Assembly: GCA_002786915.1 (NCBI GenBank)
Contig: PCUV01000104.1
Location: 8,934-72,933 of the forward strand
DNA length: 64,000 nt
Direction of reading: 5' to 3'
Source of the DNA: Comamonadaceae bacterium CG12_big_fil_rev_8_21_14_0_65_59_15
GTDB lineage: Bacteria; Pseudomonadota; Gammaproteobacteria; Burkholderiales; Burkholderiaceae_C
Shown here: piece after piece, positions 40,640 to 48,902 of the stretch
Layout: every line of letters begins with the position of its first letter
Position numbering within the stretch: position 1 is the stretch's first letter
Notes under the pieces: generated by a model
Seen by the model: only the letters and a program-made list of their open reading frames with translations
What the model was told of the DNA's origin: nothing
The model's database searches: none
Translations under genes and position numbers: made by a program

Positions 40640-41092
40640 ATGCTCAAAGGAATCCCGCCCCTGCTCACGCCCGAGCTGCTGAAAATCATGATGGAAATGG
40701 GCCACGACGACGCGCTGGTGCTGTGTGATGCCAACTTCACCGTGCACAGCCTCGCCGCTGGCAAACCGGTGGTGCACCTGCCGGGCACGTCCATGGTGCA
40801 AGTGGTGGTGGCCATCACCGCCCTGCTCCCCTTGGCCAGCGACGTGCCGCACCCCGCGGCTTTTATGGCCGTGAGCGGCCAGCCCGACAGCTACCGCAGC
40901 GCCCTGCAGCGTGAAGTGATGGCTGCGTTGACCCCTGAAATGCAGCCTGGACAAAGCGCAGAGCGCGTAGAGCGCTATGCTTTTTATGATCTGGCACGCG
41001 CCGCCTACGCGTATGTACTGACCGGCGAGCTGCAGCCCTTTGGCAACTTCATCCTGCGCAAGGGCGTCATCGGCGAAAATCTGCGCCCATGA
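40640..41092 (+). CDS. RbsD/FucU family sugar mutarotase/pyranase
   Basis: MLKGIPPLL.PELL, MGHDD..VL.DANF, TGE..PFGNFIL.KG. Confidence 0.9.
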   Translation: MLKGIPPLLTPELLKIMMEMGHDDALVLCDANFTVHSLAAGKPVVHLPGTSMVQVVVAITALLPLASDVPHPAAFMAVSGQPDSYRSALQREVMAALTPEMQPGQSAERVERYAFYDLARAAYAYVLTGELQPFGNFILRKGVIGENLRP

Positions 41093-42327
41093 CCCCACGC
41101 CAGACCACCGCCAACGCAGCCGCACCAACGCTGCTGCGCCCGCGCGGCTCCAACCACGTGGGTATGCGCCAGTTCAACGAACGCGTGGTGCTGCAAGCCA
41201 TTCGCCTGAACGGCAGCCTGCCCAAGGCCGACCTGGCACGCCTGACGGGCCTGACGGCGCAAACCATTGGCCTGATCACCACCCGGCTGGAAGACGATCA
41301 GCTGATCATCAAGCAAGAGCGCGTGCGCGGGCGCATTGGGCAACCCTCGGTGCCGCTGGCGTTGAACCCGGACGGGGCCTTTGCCATCGGCATCAAGATC
41401 GGGCGGCGCAATACCGACTGGCTGCTGGTCGATTTCACCGGCCAGGTACGCCAGCGGCACACCCTGGACTATGCTTTTCCGGACAGCGTCACGCTGCTGC
41501 CGACCATCGCCGAGCGACTGCAAGCCATGCATGCATCGCTGGGGCCGCTGAAAGACCGGCTGGTGGGCGTGGGTGTGGCGGCACCTTTTCAAATGGGGGG
41601 CTGGCACCGGCTGCTGGGCTTGTCGCAGGCCACATCCGACGCCTGGAACCAGATTGATCTGCGCGCCCAGGTGCAGGCGCAGACCGACGTGCCGGTCAGC
41701 TTTGCCAAAGACACCTCGGCCGCCTGCGTGGCCGAGCTGGTACAGGGGCGCGGGCGCGACCTGAAAAATTTTCTGTACCTGTTTGTCGATACTTTTGTCG
41801 GCGGTGGTCTGGTCATCAATTCGCGATTGCACGGGGGTGTGCACGGCAATGCCGGGGCCGTTGCGTCACTGCCGCTGAACCTGGCACCCGATGCGCAGGG
41901 CAGCGCGACGCTGCCCGACCAGTTAATCAGCCACGCCTCACTGTGGGAATTGGAGCGCCGCTTTGAAGCACTGGGCCTGGATGCCCACGCCGCCTACGAC
42001 GAACGTGCCCTGCAGCCCCCGTTTGCGGTTGAAACCACCGCTTGGGTGACACGCGCCGCACAGGCGCTGGCGCAAACCGTGGTCAGCGGCACAGCTTTTC
42101 TGGACATTGACGCGGTGGTCATCGACGGTTCGTTCTGCCGCGCCTTGCAGGGCCAGGTGATTGCCTCCACGCAGGTGGCACTGGCACAGTACAACTGGGA
42201 AGGCCTGTGGCCGGCCCGTCTGACCGCTGGCCTGGTTGGCCCCGACGCGCGCGCCCTGGGCGGCGCGCTGATGCCGCTGCACGCCAACTTTGCGCCGGAT
42301 CAGGATGTGTTTTTAAAGACGGCGTAA
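41089..42327 (+). CDS. ROK family transcriptional regulator (FrcR-like)
   Basis: N-terminal HTH, RGRIGQPS, GVGVAAPF, TFVGGG, GNAG. Confidence 0.9.
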   Translation: MTPRQTTANAAAPTLLRPRGSNHVGMRQFNERVVLQAIRLNGSLPKADLARLTGLTAQTIGLITTRLEDDQLIIKQERVRGRIGQPSVPLALNPDGAFAIGIKIGRRNTDWLLVDFTGQVRQRHTLDYAFPDSVTLLPTIAERLQAMHASLGPLKDRLVGVGVAAPFQMGGWHRLLGLSQATSDAWNQIDLRAQVQAQTDVPVSFAKDTSAACVAELVQGRGRDLKNFLYLFVDTFVGGGLVINSRLHGGVHGNAGAVASLPLNLAPDAQGSATLPDQLISHASLWELERRFEALGLDAHAAYDERALQPPFAVETTAWVTRAAQALAQTVVSGTAFLDIDAVVIDGSFCRALQGQVIASTQVALAQYNWEGLWPARLTAGLVGPDARALGGALMPLHANFAPDQDVFLKTA

Positions 42328-42362
42328 CCCGTGCTGCCCACCTTCGCTCAAACGCGCTAGAC

Positions 42363-42384
42363 TTCCTTACCACACCGTAAGGAA
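42363..42384. promoter_or_regulatory. AbrB/VapB-type operator palindrome
   Basis: TTCCTTAC-N6-GTAAGGAA, 4 bp before ATG 42389. Confidence 0.7.
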
Positions 42385-42388
42385 TTTC

Positions 42389-42809
42389 ATGCTGGCTACC
42401 TTAACCACCAAGTCGCAGATCACCCTGCCCAAGACTCGTCACCAACGACGACCCGGTGCTGGCCCAGCAGGTACAAGAAGCGCTGGACGCAGAACTGGAC
42501 GCTGGCCGCGAATGCCTGGTGGGCCAAATCGTGCTGTGTGAGCTGGTCTGGGTGTTAAACCGGTTATATAACTACACCACAGCACAGTGCCAGCACACCG
42601 TGGCCAGCTTGCTGGGCTTTGCCGGGCTGCGCTTTGAAGCTCTGCCCACCGTGATGGCCGCATTCAAGGCTTTGCAACACCACGGCGGCGATTGGACCGA
42701 CCACTAGATCGGTGCACAAATGCAATCCTTGGGCTGTGATGCCGTTCTGACGCTGGACCACCGTGCCAGCCGGGCGCCAACCCACCAGCTGCTTTCAGTG
42801 GCCCCGTAA
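42389..42809 (+). pseudogene. Decayed vapBC (AbrB antitoxin plus PIN toxin)
   Basis: MLATLTTKSQITLPK abuts RLVTNDDP...LCELVWVL in another frame; TAG at 42705-42707 interrupts DWTDH*IGAQMQSLGCDAVLTLD. Confidence 0.8.
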
Positions 42810-42931
42810 CCGCGCTCGCACAGCTTCACCCTTGCCAACCCATCGGATTGTTTGGGTTGAACGCTCGCGTGGCAACCACTTGACTTGTTCCTGCCTACAA
42901 TGCCAATGTTCCTACACCAAAGGAGAACATC

Positions 42932-43288
42932 ATGCAGACCATCAACGTTCGGCAACTCAAATCCAATCCATCGACCGCTTTGCGTGATGCGCGCTCCGAA
43001 CTGGTGGTGGTGATGAACCGCGACAAACCCGATGCCGTCATGATCGGGCTCAATCAACTCCAGGGGCTGACCGATATGACGCATGTGCGCCAGGCCATGG
43101 CTGTGAGCCTGTTCCAAGACCGTTTGATGAGCGTCACCGCCGCTGCCAAACTGGCTGGTGAGTCCACGGCAGATATGCTCAGTCGCTTGGCGAAGTTGGG
43201 CATTGCCGTGGCCGACTACGACGGCGCAACGCTGGCCGCTGAGGTGGACACTGCCGCACAGTGGCTCACGCCCGCAGCCACGCACTGA
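42932..43288 (+). CDS. Antitoxin: Phd/YefM-like N-terminus plus UPF0175-like C-terminus
   Basis: MQTINVRQLKSNPS...VVVMNRDKPDAV; AVSLFQDRLMSVTAAAKLAG. Confidence 0.75.
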   Translation: MQTINVRQLKSNPSTALRDARSELVVVMNRDKPDAVMIGLNQLQGLTDMTHVRQAMAVSLFQDRLMSVTAAAKLAGESTADMLSRLAKLGIAVADYDGATLAAEVDTAAQWLTPAATH

Positions 43289-43289
43289 C

Positions 43290-43811
43290 ATGGCGCGCAT
43301 CGTCATCGCCGATGCGGGACCCTTGATTGCGCTGGCACGCATTAACCAGATTGATTTGCTCAACGATCTTTTCGGCCCTGTGAAGGTGACATCGGTCGTC
43401 GCTGATGAAGTTCTTCGTGGCGGCGATTTTCCGGATGCTTCCTTGCTGTCACAGGCTTTCAGCCAAACCATGCTATGGCGTGTCACCCGTCAAAGTCAGG
43501 ACAATCTCAGCCAAGCCAAGAGCTTGATGAACCTGTACCAAATTGATGAAGGTGAAGCCAGTTCGATGGTGTTGGCGCAGCAGGCACAGACTGAAGGCGA
43601 CCAGGCCTTGCTGATCATGGATGATTGGCGTGGACGCAGCGCGGCACAACACGCCGGTTTGCCCGTGGTTGGCACCGTTGGCGTGTTGCTACTGGCCAAA
43701 CAACAAGGGCAGGTCAAACACATCAAACCACTGCTTCTGGATTTGCACCAACACGGCTACTTTTTGAGCCAGCGCCTGATTGACAGTGCGCTTGAGCAAG
43801 CGGGAGAGTGA
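43290..43811 (+). CDS. PIN-domain protein, DUF3368-like (putative toxin)
   Basis: IVIADAGPLIAL, IDEGEA, LIMDDWRGR, GTVGVLL.AK. Confidence 0.85.
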   Translation: MARIVIADAGPLIALARINQIDLLNDLFGPVKVTSVVADEVLRGGDFPDASLLSQAFSQTMLWRVTRQSQDNLSQAKSLMNLYQIDEGEASSMVLAQQAQTEGDQALLIMDDWRGRSAAQHAGLPVVGTVGVLLLAKQQGQVKHIKPLLLDLHQHGYFLSQRLIDSALEQAGE

Positions 43812-44023
43812 ACATGGCAGCGTCTAACGCAAGCGCCCGAATGGCCACAATTGGAGCGCTGGCCACTGCAACGTCAGGACCAACTGAACATCGCGGCGAC
43901 CAAAAGGCTCAACCGCAACGTCGGCACGCTGGCTTTTTTGCTCGGTTTGTTCTGGCTGAATTGATCCCGTGCCGCTGTGGCGGCGGCTTGACGGCTCCCT
44001 GTTGACAGAAAAATTGATCAACG

Positions 44024-44668
44024 CTATGCGTTCGCCTTGCCTCTGCTCTTCCAGGCTCCAAACAGCACCACCATCCCCGGCACCAAAATCATCGCCCAGA
44101 TGATTTTGTCAAGGTGCAGTTTGACCCACGGGATGTTGCCAAAGAAGTAGCCCACGGTGACGATGCCGCCGACCCACAGCGTGCCGCCCAGCACGTCGTA
44201 CATGCTGAATTTGCGCCGCGTCATCTGCGCCACACCCGCCACAAACGGCGCAAAGGTGCGCAAAAACGGCATGAAGCGCGCCGCCACGATGGTGATGCCG
44301 CCGTATTTTTCATAAAAACCGTGCGCCTGGTCAAAAGCTTTTTTGTTGAACCAGCGCGAGTCTTCCCACTGAAAAACCTTGGGGCCAAAGTAGCGCCCGA
44401 TGGTGTAGTTGCTCTGGTTGCCCAAAATGGCCGCCGCCAAAAGCAAACTCACCGACAGCGGGTAACTCATCAGCCCCACACCGCACATGGCCCCGACGAC
44501 AAACAGCAGCGAGTCGCCGGGCAAAAACGGCATTACCACCACGCCGGTTTCGACAAAAATAATCAAAAACAGCAGCGCATACACCCAGGTGCCGTAGTTC
44601 TGCACGAACAGCTCCAGGTGCTTGTCCACGTGCAGGATGAAATCCAGAAGTGTCATGAGAATGTCCAT
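44024..44668 (-). CDS. dedA: DedA family membrane protein
   Basis: IFVETG, PFLPGDSLLF, ARFMPFLRTFAPFVAG. Confidence 0.93.
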   Translation of the reverse strand: MDILMTLLDFILHVDKHLELFVQNYGTWVYALLFLIIFVETGVVVMPFLPGDSLLFVVGAMCGVGLMSYPLSVSLLLAAAILGNQSNYTIGRYFGPKVFQWEDSRWFNKKAFDQAHGFYEKYGGITIVAARFMPFLRTFAPFVAGVAQMTRRKFSMYDVLGGTLWVGGIVTVGYFFGNIPWVKLHLDKIIWAMILVPGMVVLFGAWKSRGKANA

Positions 44669-44782
44669 GGAGCGGCATTATCCATGGCAGGTTATCTGCT
44701 GGCGGGGGTGGCGGGGCTGATTTGAGATAGCCCCATCCACGGTCAAGTGGGCTGCAGGGCTGCGTGCATCAAACCACGCTAA

Positions 44783-44802
44783 ACTAGTCAGAGTACTAGT
44801 CA
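44783..44802. promoter_or_regulatory. Putative Phd operator
   Basis: ACTAGTCA repeated at a 12-bp period, each copy containing palindromic ACTAGT, just upstream of the RBS. Confidence 0.55.
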
Positions 44803-44816
44803 TTGAAGGAGCCACG

Positions 44817-45071
44817 ATGAACACTTGGCCGGTTCAGGATGCCAAAGCCCGGTTCAGCGAGTTTTTGCAAGCGTGCCTGGCTAGCGGGCCGCAGCTGGTC
44901 ACCAAGCGTGGGCAAGAAGCCGCTGTGCTGGTGCCTGTCGGTCAATGGCGGCAGTTGCAAGCCAACAGCCGACCATCGCTCAAACAGGTGTTACTGGACG
45001 CGGCAGCGCGAGCTGACTTGCCCATTCCACCACGCGGCACCTCCCCGCGCCGTGCCGCACCGAAGTTGTGA
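44817..45071 (+). CDS. Phd/YefM family antitoxin
   Basis: WPVQDAKARFSE, GPQLVTKRG.EAAVLV. Confidence 0.92.
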   Translation: MNTWPVQDAKARFSEFLQACLASGPQLVTKRGQEAAVLVPVGQWRQLQANSRPSLKQVLLDAAARADLPIPPRGTSPRRAAPKL

Positions 45072-45551
45072 TGTTTTTGCTGGACACCAACGTGGTTTCC
45101 GAGCTGCGCAAGACCAGGCCACACGGCGCGGTGCTGGCCTGGCTGACCGCCACGCCCGAGTCTGACCTGTTCATCTCGGCCGTAACTTTGGGTGAAATTC
45201 AGCGCGGCATTGAACTCACCCGCGACCAAAACCCAGCCAAGGCGCTTGAACTGTCCCATTGGGCTGACCTCAAGGCACATGCTTTGTGGTCAGTATGCTG
45301 CACCAGCCAAGGCGCTTGAACTGTCCCATTGGGCTGACCAGCTCGCCACCACGACCAACCTGCTGCCCATGGACGCCGCCGCTTTTCGCGCCTGCGCGCG
45401 CCTGATGCACCACCAGTCAGGCGCATTGTTTGAAGATGCCATGATTGCCGCCACCGCCCAAGTGCATCAACTCACCGTGGTGACGCGCAACACGCGCGAC
45501 TTTGCCGGGTTTGGCGTGCCGTTGTTTAACCCTTTCAGCCAACCTGTTTAA
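45068..45551 (+). pseudogene. vapC: VapC PIN toxin frameshifted by a 70-bp insertion
   Basis: FLLDTNVVSEL...EIQRGIE in one frame, EDAMIAATA..VVTRNTRDF in another; removing 70 bp joins them. Confidence 0.9.
45233..45339 (+). repeat. Perfect 37-bp direct repeat flanking 33 bp of unrelated DNA
   Basis: CCAGCCAAGGCGCTTGAACTGTCCCATTGGGCTGACC at 45233-45269 and 45303-45339. Confidence 0.95.
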
Positions 45552-45561
45552 ATTGCTTTCT

Positions 45562-47649
45562 GTGAACATTTCCCCGCCAAATCCCCCTCCCCGCCGACCG
45601 ATCCGCGAACTGCCCGACGCGCTGATCAGCCAGATCGCCGCTGGCGAGGTAGTGGAGCGCCCGGCCTCGGTGGTGCGTGAGCTGCTGGACAACGCACTCG
45701 ATGCCGGGGCCACGCAGGTCACCGTGCGGCTGCTGGCCGGTGGTGTGCGCCTGATCAGTGTGGAAGACAACGGCTGCGGCATCTTGCCCGACGAGTTACC
45801 CATCGCCCTCAAACGCCACGCCACGAGCAAGATTGGCAGCCTCTCTGACCTGGAGTCGGTGGCCACCATGGGCTTTCGGGGGGAGGCCCTGGCTGCTATC
45901 AACTCCATTGCTGACTGTGCATTGCTGTCAAGGGCTGAAGGCAAAAATCATGCTTACCTTTTGGAGGGGCAAACGGGCGAATTGAAACCGGTGGCGCGCA
46001 GCACAGGCACCACGGTCGAGGTCAAAGAGCTGTTTTTTGCCACCCCCGCGCGGCGCAAGTTCCTCAAGACCGATGCCACCGAACAGGCACACTGTGTGGA
46101 GGCCGTTCGCCGCCACGCGCTGGCCCGGCCCGACGTAGGCTTTGCCATCTGGGCCGACGGCAAGCTCATTGAGCAATGGCGCCGCTGCGGCGATGCAGGC
46201 AGCCTGCCCGCGCTGGAGCAGCGCCTGGCCGACGTGCTGGGCAGCGACTTTGTCGAGCGCGCGGTGTGGGTTGACTTCAGCAACCAAAGCGCCGCATTGA
46301 CGGGCAGCTTGCAGCCTGCCATCAAGGTCTGGGGCCGCGCTGGCATTCCAGATGCCGCACGCTCCAGAGCTGACCAGCAGTTTTGCTATGTGAACGGCCG
46401 TTTTGTGCGCGACAAGGTCATCACCCACGCCGCCCGCAGCGCCTACGAAGACGTGTTGCACGGCCAGCGCCAGCCGGTGTACGTGCTCTATGTTGAGATC
46501 GACCCCACGCGCGTGGACGTGAACGTGCACCCAACCAAGATCGAGGTGCGGTTCAGGGACAGCCGTGAGGTGCATCAGGCGGTGCGCCATGCGGTCGAAT
46601 CCGCGCTGGCCACACCGCGCGCCGGAACGGCTGCGGCTGTGCCGTTGCTGACGGGATGGCCGCACCCAGCCCCACTGGGCGCAGGCAACCCCAATGCTGC
46701 AAGCGCCCATGGTGACCCGTTTAGCCGGGCAGACGCGAGCGCAGGCAGCGCTACAGCTTCTGATTTTTATAAGCAAAATAAGCCTCTAGCGCCTGTGCAG
46801 TATGCACAAGCAGCTATGCACTTTGAAGCACCTCCGGGCCATCGCGTGAGCGACCTGGGTGCGCTGTGGGGGCCATCCAGCGCACCGCACCCTGCCCGAG
46901 TGGCCGAAGATACCGCACCGCTTACACCCGACGAGTCGGACAAGATGAACCCGGTTTTTCTCCCTCCCCCACAGGGGGAAGGAGCCATCCATCCACAGCA
47001 CCTGGATTCTTCAAACGCTTTCACCACCCCCCCAAACGACTGGCCGCTCGGCCGCGCCCTGGCGCAGCTGATGGGGGTGTACATCCTGGCCGAAAACGCG
47101 CAGGGGTTGGTGATTGTCGATATGCACGCCGCGCACGAACGCATCGTTTATGAACGCCTGAAAGCGCAGTGGGACGCGGTGCAAACCAGCGCCGCGTCCG
47201 CGCAGGCCGCCCTGTCCAGCCAGCCGCTGCTGATTCCCGCCACCTTTGCCGCCACACCGCTGGAAGTGGCCACCGCCGAGGCCAGCGCAGACACCTTGCA
47301 CGCGCTGGGGCTGGACATCACGCCGTTTTCTGACAAAACGCTGGCGGTGCGCGCCGTGCCGACCACGCTGGCACAAGGCGACGCAGTGGAGCTGGCGCGC
47401 AGCGTGCTGGCCGAGCTGGCACAACACGATGCCAGCACGGTGCTGGCGCGCGCCCACAATGAGCTGCTGAGCAGCATGGCCTGCCACGGCGCGGTGCGTG
47501 CCAACCGCCGCCTCACCCTGGAAGAAATGAACGCGCTATTGCGCCAGATGGAAGCCACCGAACGCAGCGACCAGTGCAACCATGGCCGCCCCACCTGGCG
47601 CCAACTCAGCCTGCGTGAGCTGGATGCGCTGTTTCTACGCGGGCGCTGA
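45562..47649 (+). CDS. mutL: DNA mismatch repair endonuclease MutL
   Basis: SQIAAGEVVERPASVVRELLDN, MGFRGEAL, DVNVHPTK.EVRF, DMHAAHER, MACH, CNHGRPTW; GTG start inferred. Confidence 0.97.
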   Translation: MNISPPNPPPRRPIRELPDALISQIAAGEVVERPASVVRELLDNALDAGATQVTVRLLAGGVRLISVEDNGCGILPDELPIALKRHATSKIGSLSDLESVATMGFRGEALAAINSIADCALLSRAEGKNHAYLLEGQTGELKPVARSTGTTVEVKELFFATPARRKFLKTDATEQAHCVEAVRRHALARPDVGFAIWADGKLIEQWRRCGDAGSLPALEQRLADVLGSDFVERAVWVDFSNQSAALTGSLQPAIKVWGRAGIPDAARSRADQQFCYVNGRFVRDKVITHAARSAYEDVLHGQRQPVYVLYVEIDPTRVDVNVHPTKIEVRFRDSREVHQAVRHAVESALATPRAGTAAAVPLLTGWPHPAPLGAGNPNAASAHGDPFSRADASAGSATASDFYKQNKPLAPVQYAQAAMHFEAPPGHRVSDLGALWGPSSAPHPARVAEDTAPLTPDESDKMNPVFLPPPQGEGAIHPQHLDSSNAFTTPPNDWPLGRALAQLMGVYILAENAQGLVIVDMHAAHERIVYERLKAQWDAVQTSAASAQAALSSQPLLIPATFAATPLEVATAEASADTLHALGLDITPFSDKTLAVRAVPTTLAQGDAVELARSVLAELAQHDASTVLARAHNELLSSMACHGAVRANRRLTLEEMNALLRQMEATERSDQCNHGRPTWRQLSLRELDALFLRGR
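45894..45956 (+). repeat. ~60-bp fixed-spacing motif inside the MutL ATPase domain
   Basis: TGCTAT-N7-ATTGCT-N17-AAGGGCTGAAGGCAAAAAT. Confidence 0.7.
46765..46830 (-). repeat. ~60-bp fixed-spacing motif in the MutL linker
   Basis: Reverse strand TGCTTC-N7-ATAGCT-N17-AGGCGCTAGAGGCTTATTTT. Confidence 0.85.
46960..46985. repeat. C/G-rich REP half-element in the MutL linker
   Basis: CTCCCTCCCCCACAGGGGGAAGGAGC resembles the elements at 16290-16409. Confidence 0.7.
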
Positions 47650-47658
47650 CGGCAGAGC

Positions 47659-48876
47659 TCAGACGCAGTAGCGCTCGATCAAGGCGCAGACGCGCTGCAC
47701 AGCGTGCACGGCGGCGTCATGGTCTTGTGAAAAATTCAACCGAAAACTATCGCAGGTATGCGGCCCGAACTCGGCACCGGGTGTGACCGTTACCGCCGCC
47801 TGATGACGCAGCAGCGCCACAAAAGTCTGCGGTGCCACGGCCATCTCAGGCAGCTGCACAAACAGGTAGCTGCCCGCCTGGGGAGTGCGCACCTGCACAC
47901 CGGCCACGGCGCGCAGCTCGGCCAGCAAGGCATCGCGGATGCGTTGGTGCGCTTCGATGCGCTCCTGCAACCAGCCCGCAGGTTCGGCAAACCAGGTCTG
48001 TAGCACAGCCTGACAGTAGCCCGGCGCGCGCAGCGACACAATCGCCTGTAGCTTTTCCATGCGGTCGATCAACGCCGCCGTGCCAAACGCCACACCCAGC
48101 CGGTAGCCGCTCAGCGACTCGGTCTTGGACGGCCCCATCACCGTGACCAGGTTGTCCGGTGCGTTCAGATCAGCGCGCAGATGTGTGTAGGTTTGCCCCG
48201 CATAAAGCAAACGTGAATAAAGTTGGTCCACGATCACCGTCGCACCGTACTCGCGCGCCAGCCGTGCAATGGTGGCGATTTCGGTGCTGGAATACACCGC
48301 ACCGGTGGGGTTGTTCGGGTTGGAAAACACGAACAGGCGCGCACCGCCTTTGAACGCGTCTTCCAGTTGCGACAAGTCCAGCCCGGCGTGCGCGTCGTTA
48401 CCCAGGTAATTCAATCGCACCGGCACCACTTGCGCGTCCAGAAACTGCACCAGCTTTCGGTTGGCAAAGTAGTCCGGCTGCACGATGGCCACCATGTCAC
48501 CGGCCCCGGCACACGCGGCCATGGCCAGAAACAGCGCGCCCTGCGAGCCGGGCGTGAGGATCAGCCCCTGCTGCGCCGACACGCCAGCCCCGGTAAACGC
48601 GGCCAGCCGCGCGGCCAGCATCTCGCGCAGACTCTTTTTGCCACGGTATTCGGTATAGGCCTGCTGCCCACCCGCCTGCACCCCGACAGTGAACGCGTCA
48701 AAAGCACCCGGCGTGGGTGTGAACGCATCGACATCACCGTGTGAAAAGTCAACCGGTTGGCCCGCCAAGGGTTCGCCGCGTAACACGTTGGTCAGGTCAG
48801 CCGTTTTTTGGCGACCTTCCTGTCCGGGTGCGTTGTCGGTGCCAAGCTGGGTAAATTTGGTTTCGAGTGGGTTCAT
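47659..48876 (-). CDS. PLP-dependent aminotransferase class I/II
   Basis: LTPGSQGAL, SNPNNPTG, DQLY, GPSKTESLSGYRLG. Confidence 0.92.
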   Translation of the reverse strand: MNPLETKFTQLGTDNAPGQEGRQKTADLTNVLRGEPLAGQPVDFSHGDVDAFTPTPGAFDAFTVGVQAGGQQAYTEYRGKKSLREMLAARLAAFTGAGVSAQQGLILTPGSQGALFLAMAACAGAGDMVAIVQPDYFANRKLVQFLDAQVVPVRLNYLGNDAHAGLDLSQLEDAFKGGARLFVFSNPNNPTGAVYSSTEIATIARLAREYGATVIVDQLYSRLLYAGQTYTHLRADLNAPDNLVTVMGPSKTESLSGYRLGVAFGTAALIDRMEKLQAIVSLRAPGYCQAVLQTWFAEPAGWLQERIEAHQRIRDALLAELRAVAGVQVRTPQAGSYLFVQLPEMAVAPQTFVALLRHQAAVTVTPGAEFGPHTCDSFRLNFSQDHDAAVHAVQRVCALIERYCV

Positions 48877-48902
48877 GGTGTCCTCGGGATGATGCGTTGA
48901 CG

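Noticed and set aside
40950-40990. Possible additional ~60-bp motif copy in the fucU-like gene
   Set aside because: Only the left half resembles the consensus; the right box is missing.
43812-43964. 50-codon open frame after the DUF3368 stop
   Set aside because: No start codon or recognisable family; at most a gene remnant.
45233-45339. Bona fide CRISPR array
   Set aside because: Only two repeats, the repeat is vapC coding sequence, and there are no cas genes or leader in the window; reported as an insertion scar instead.
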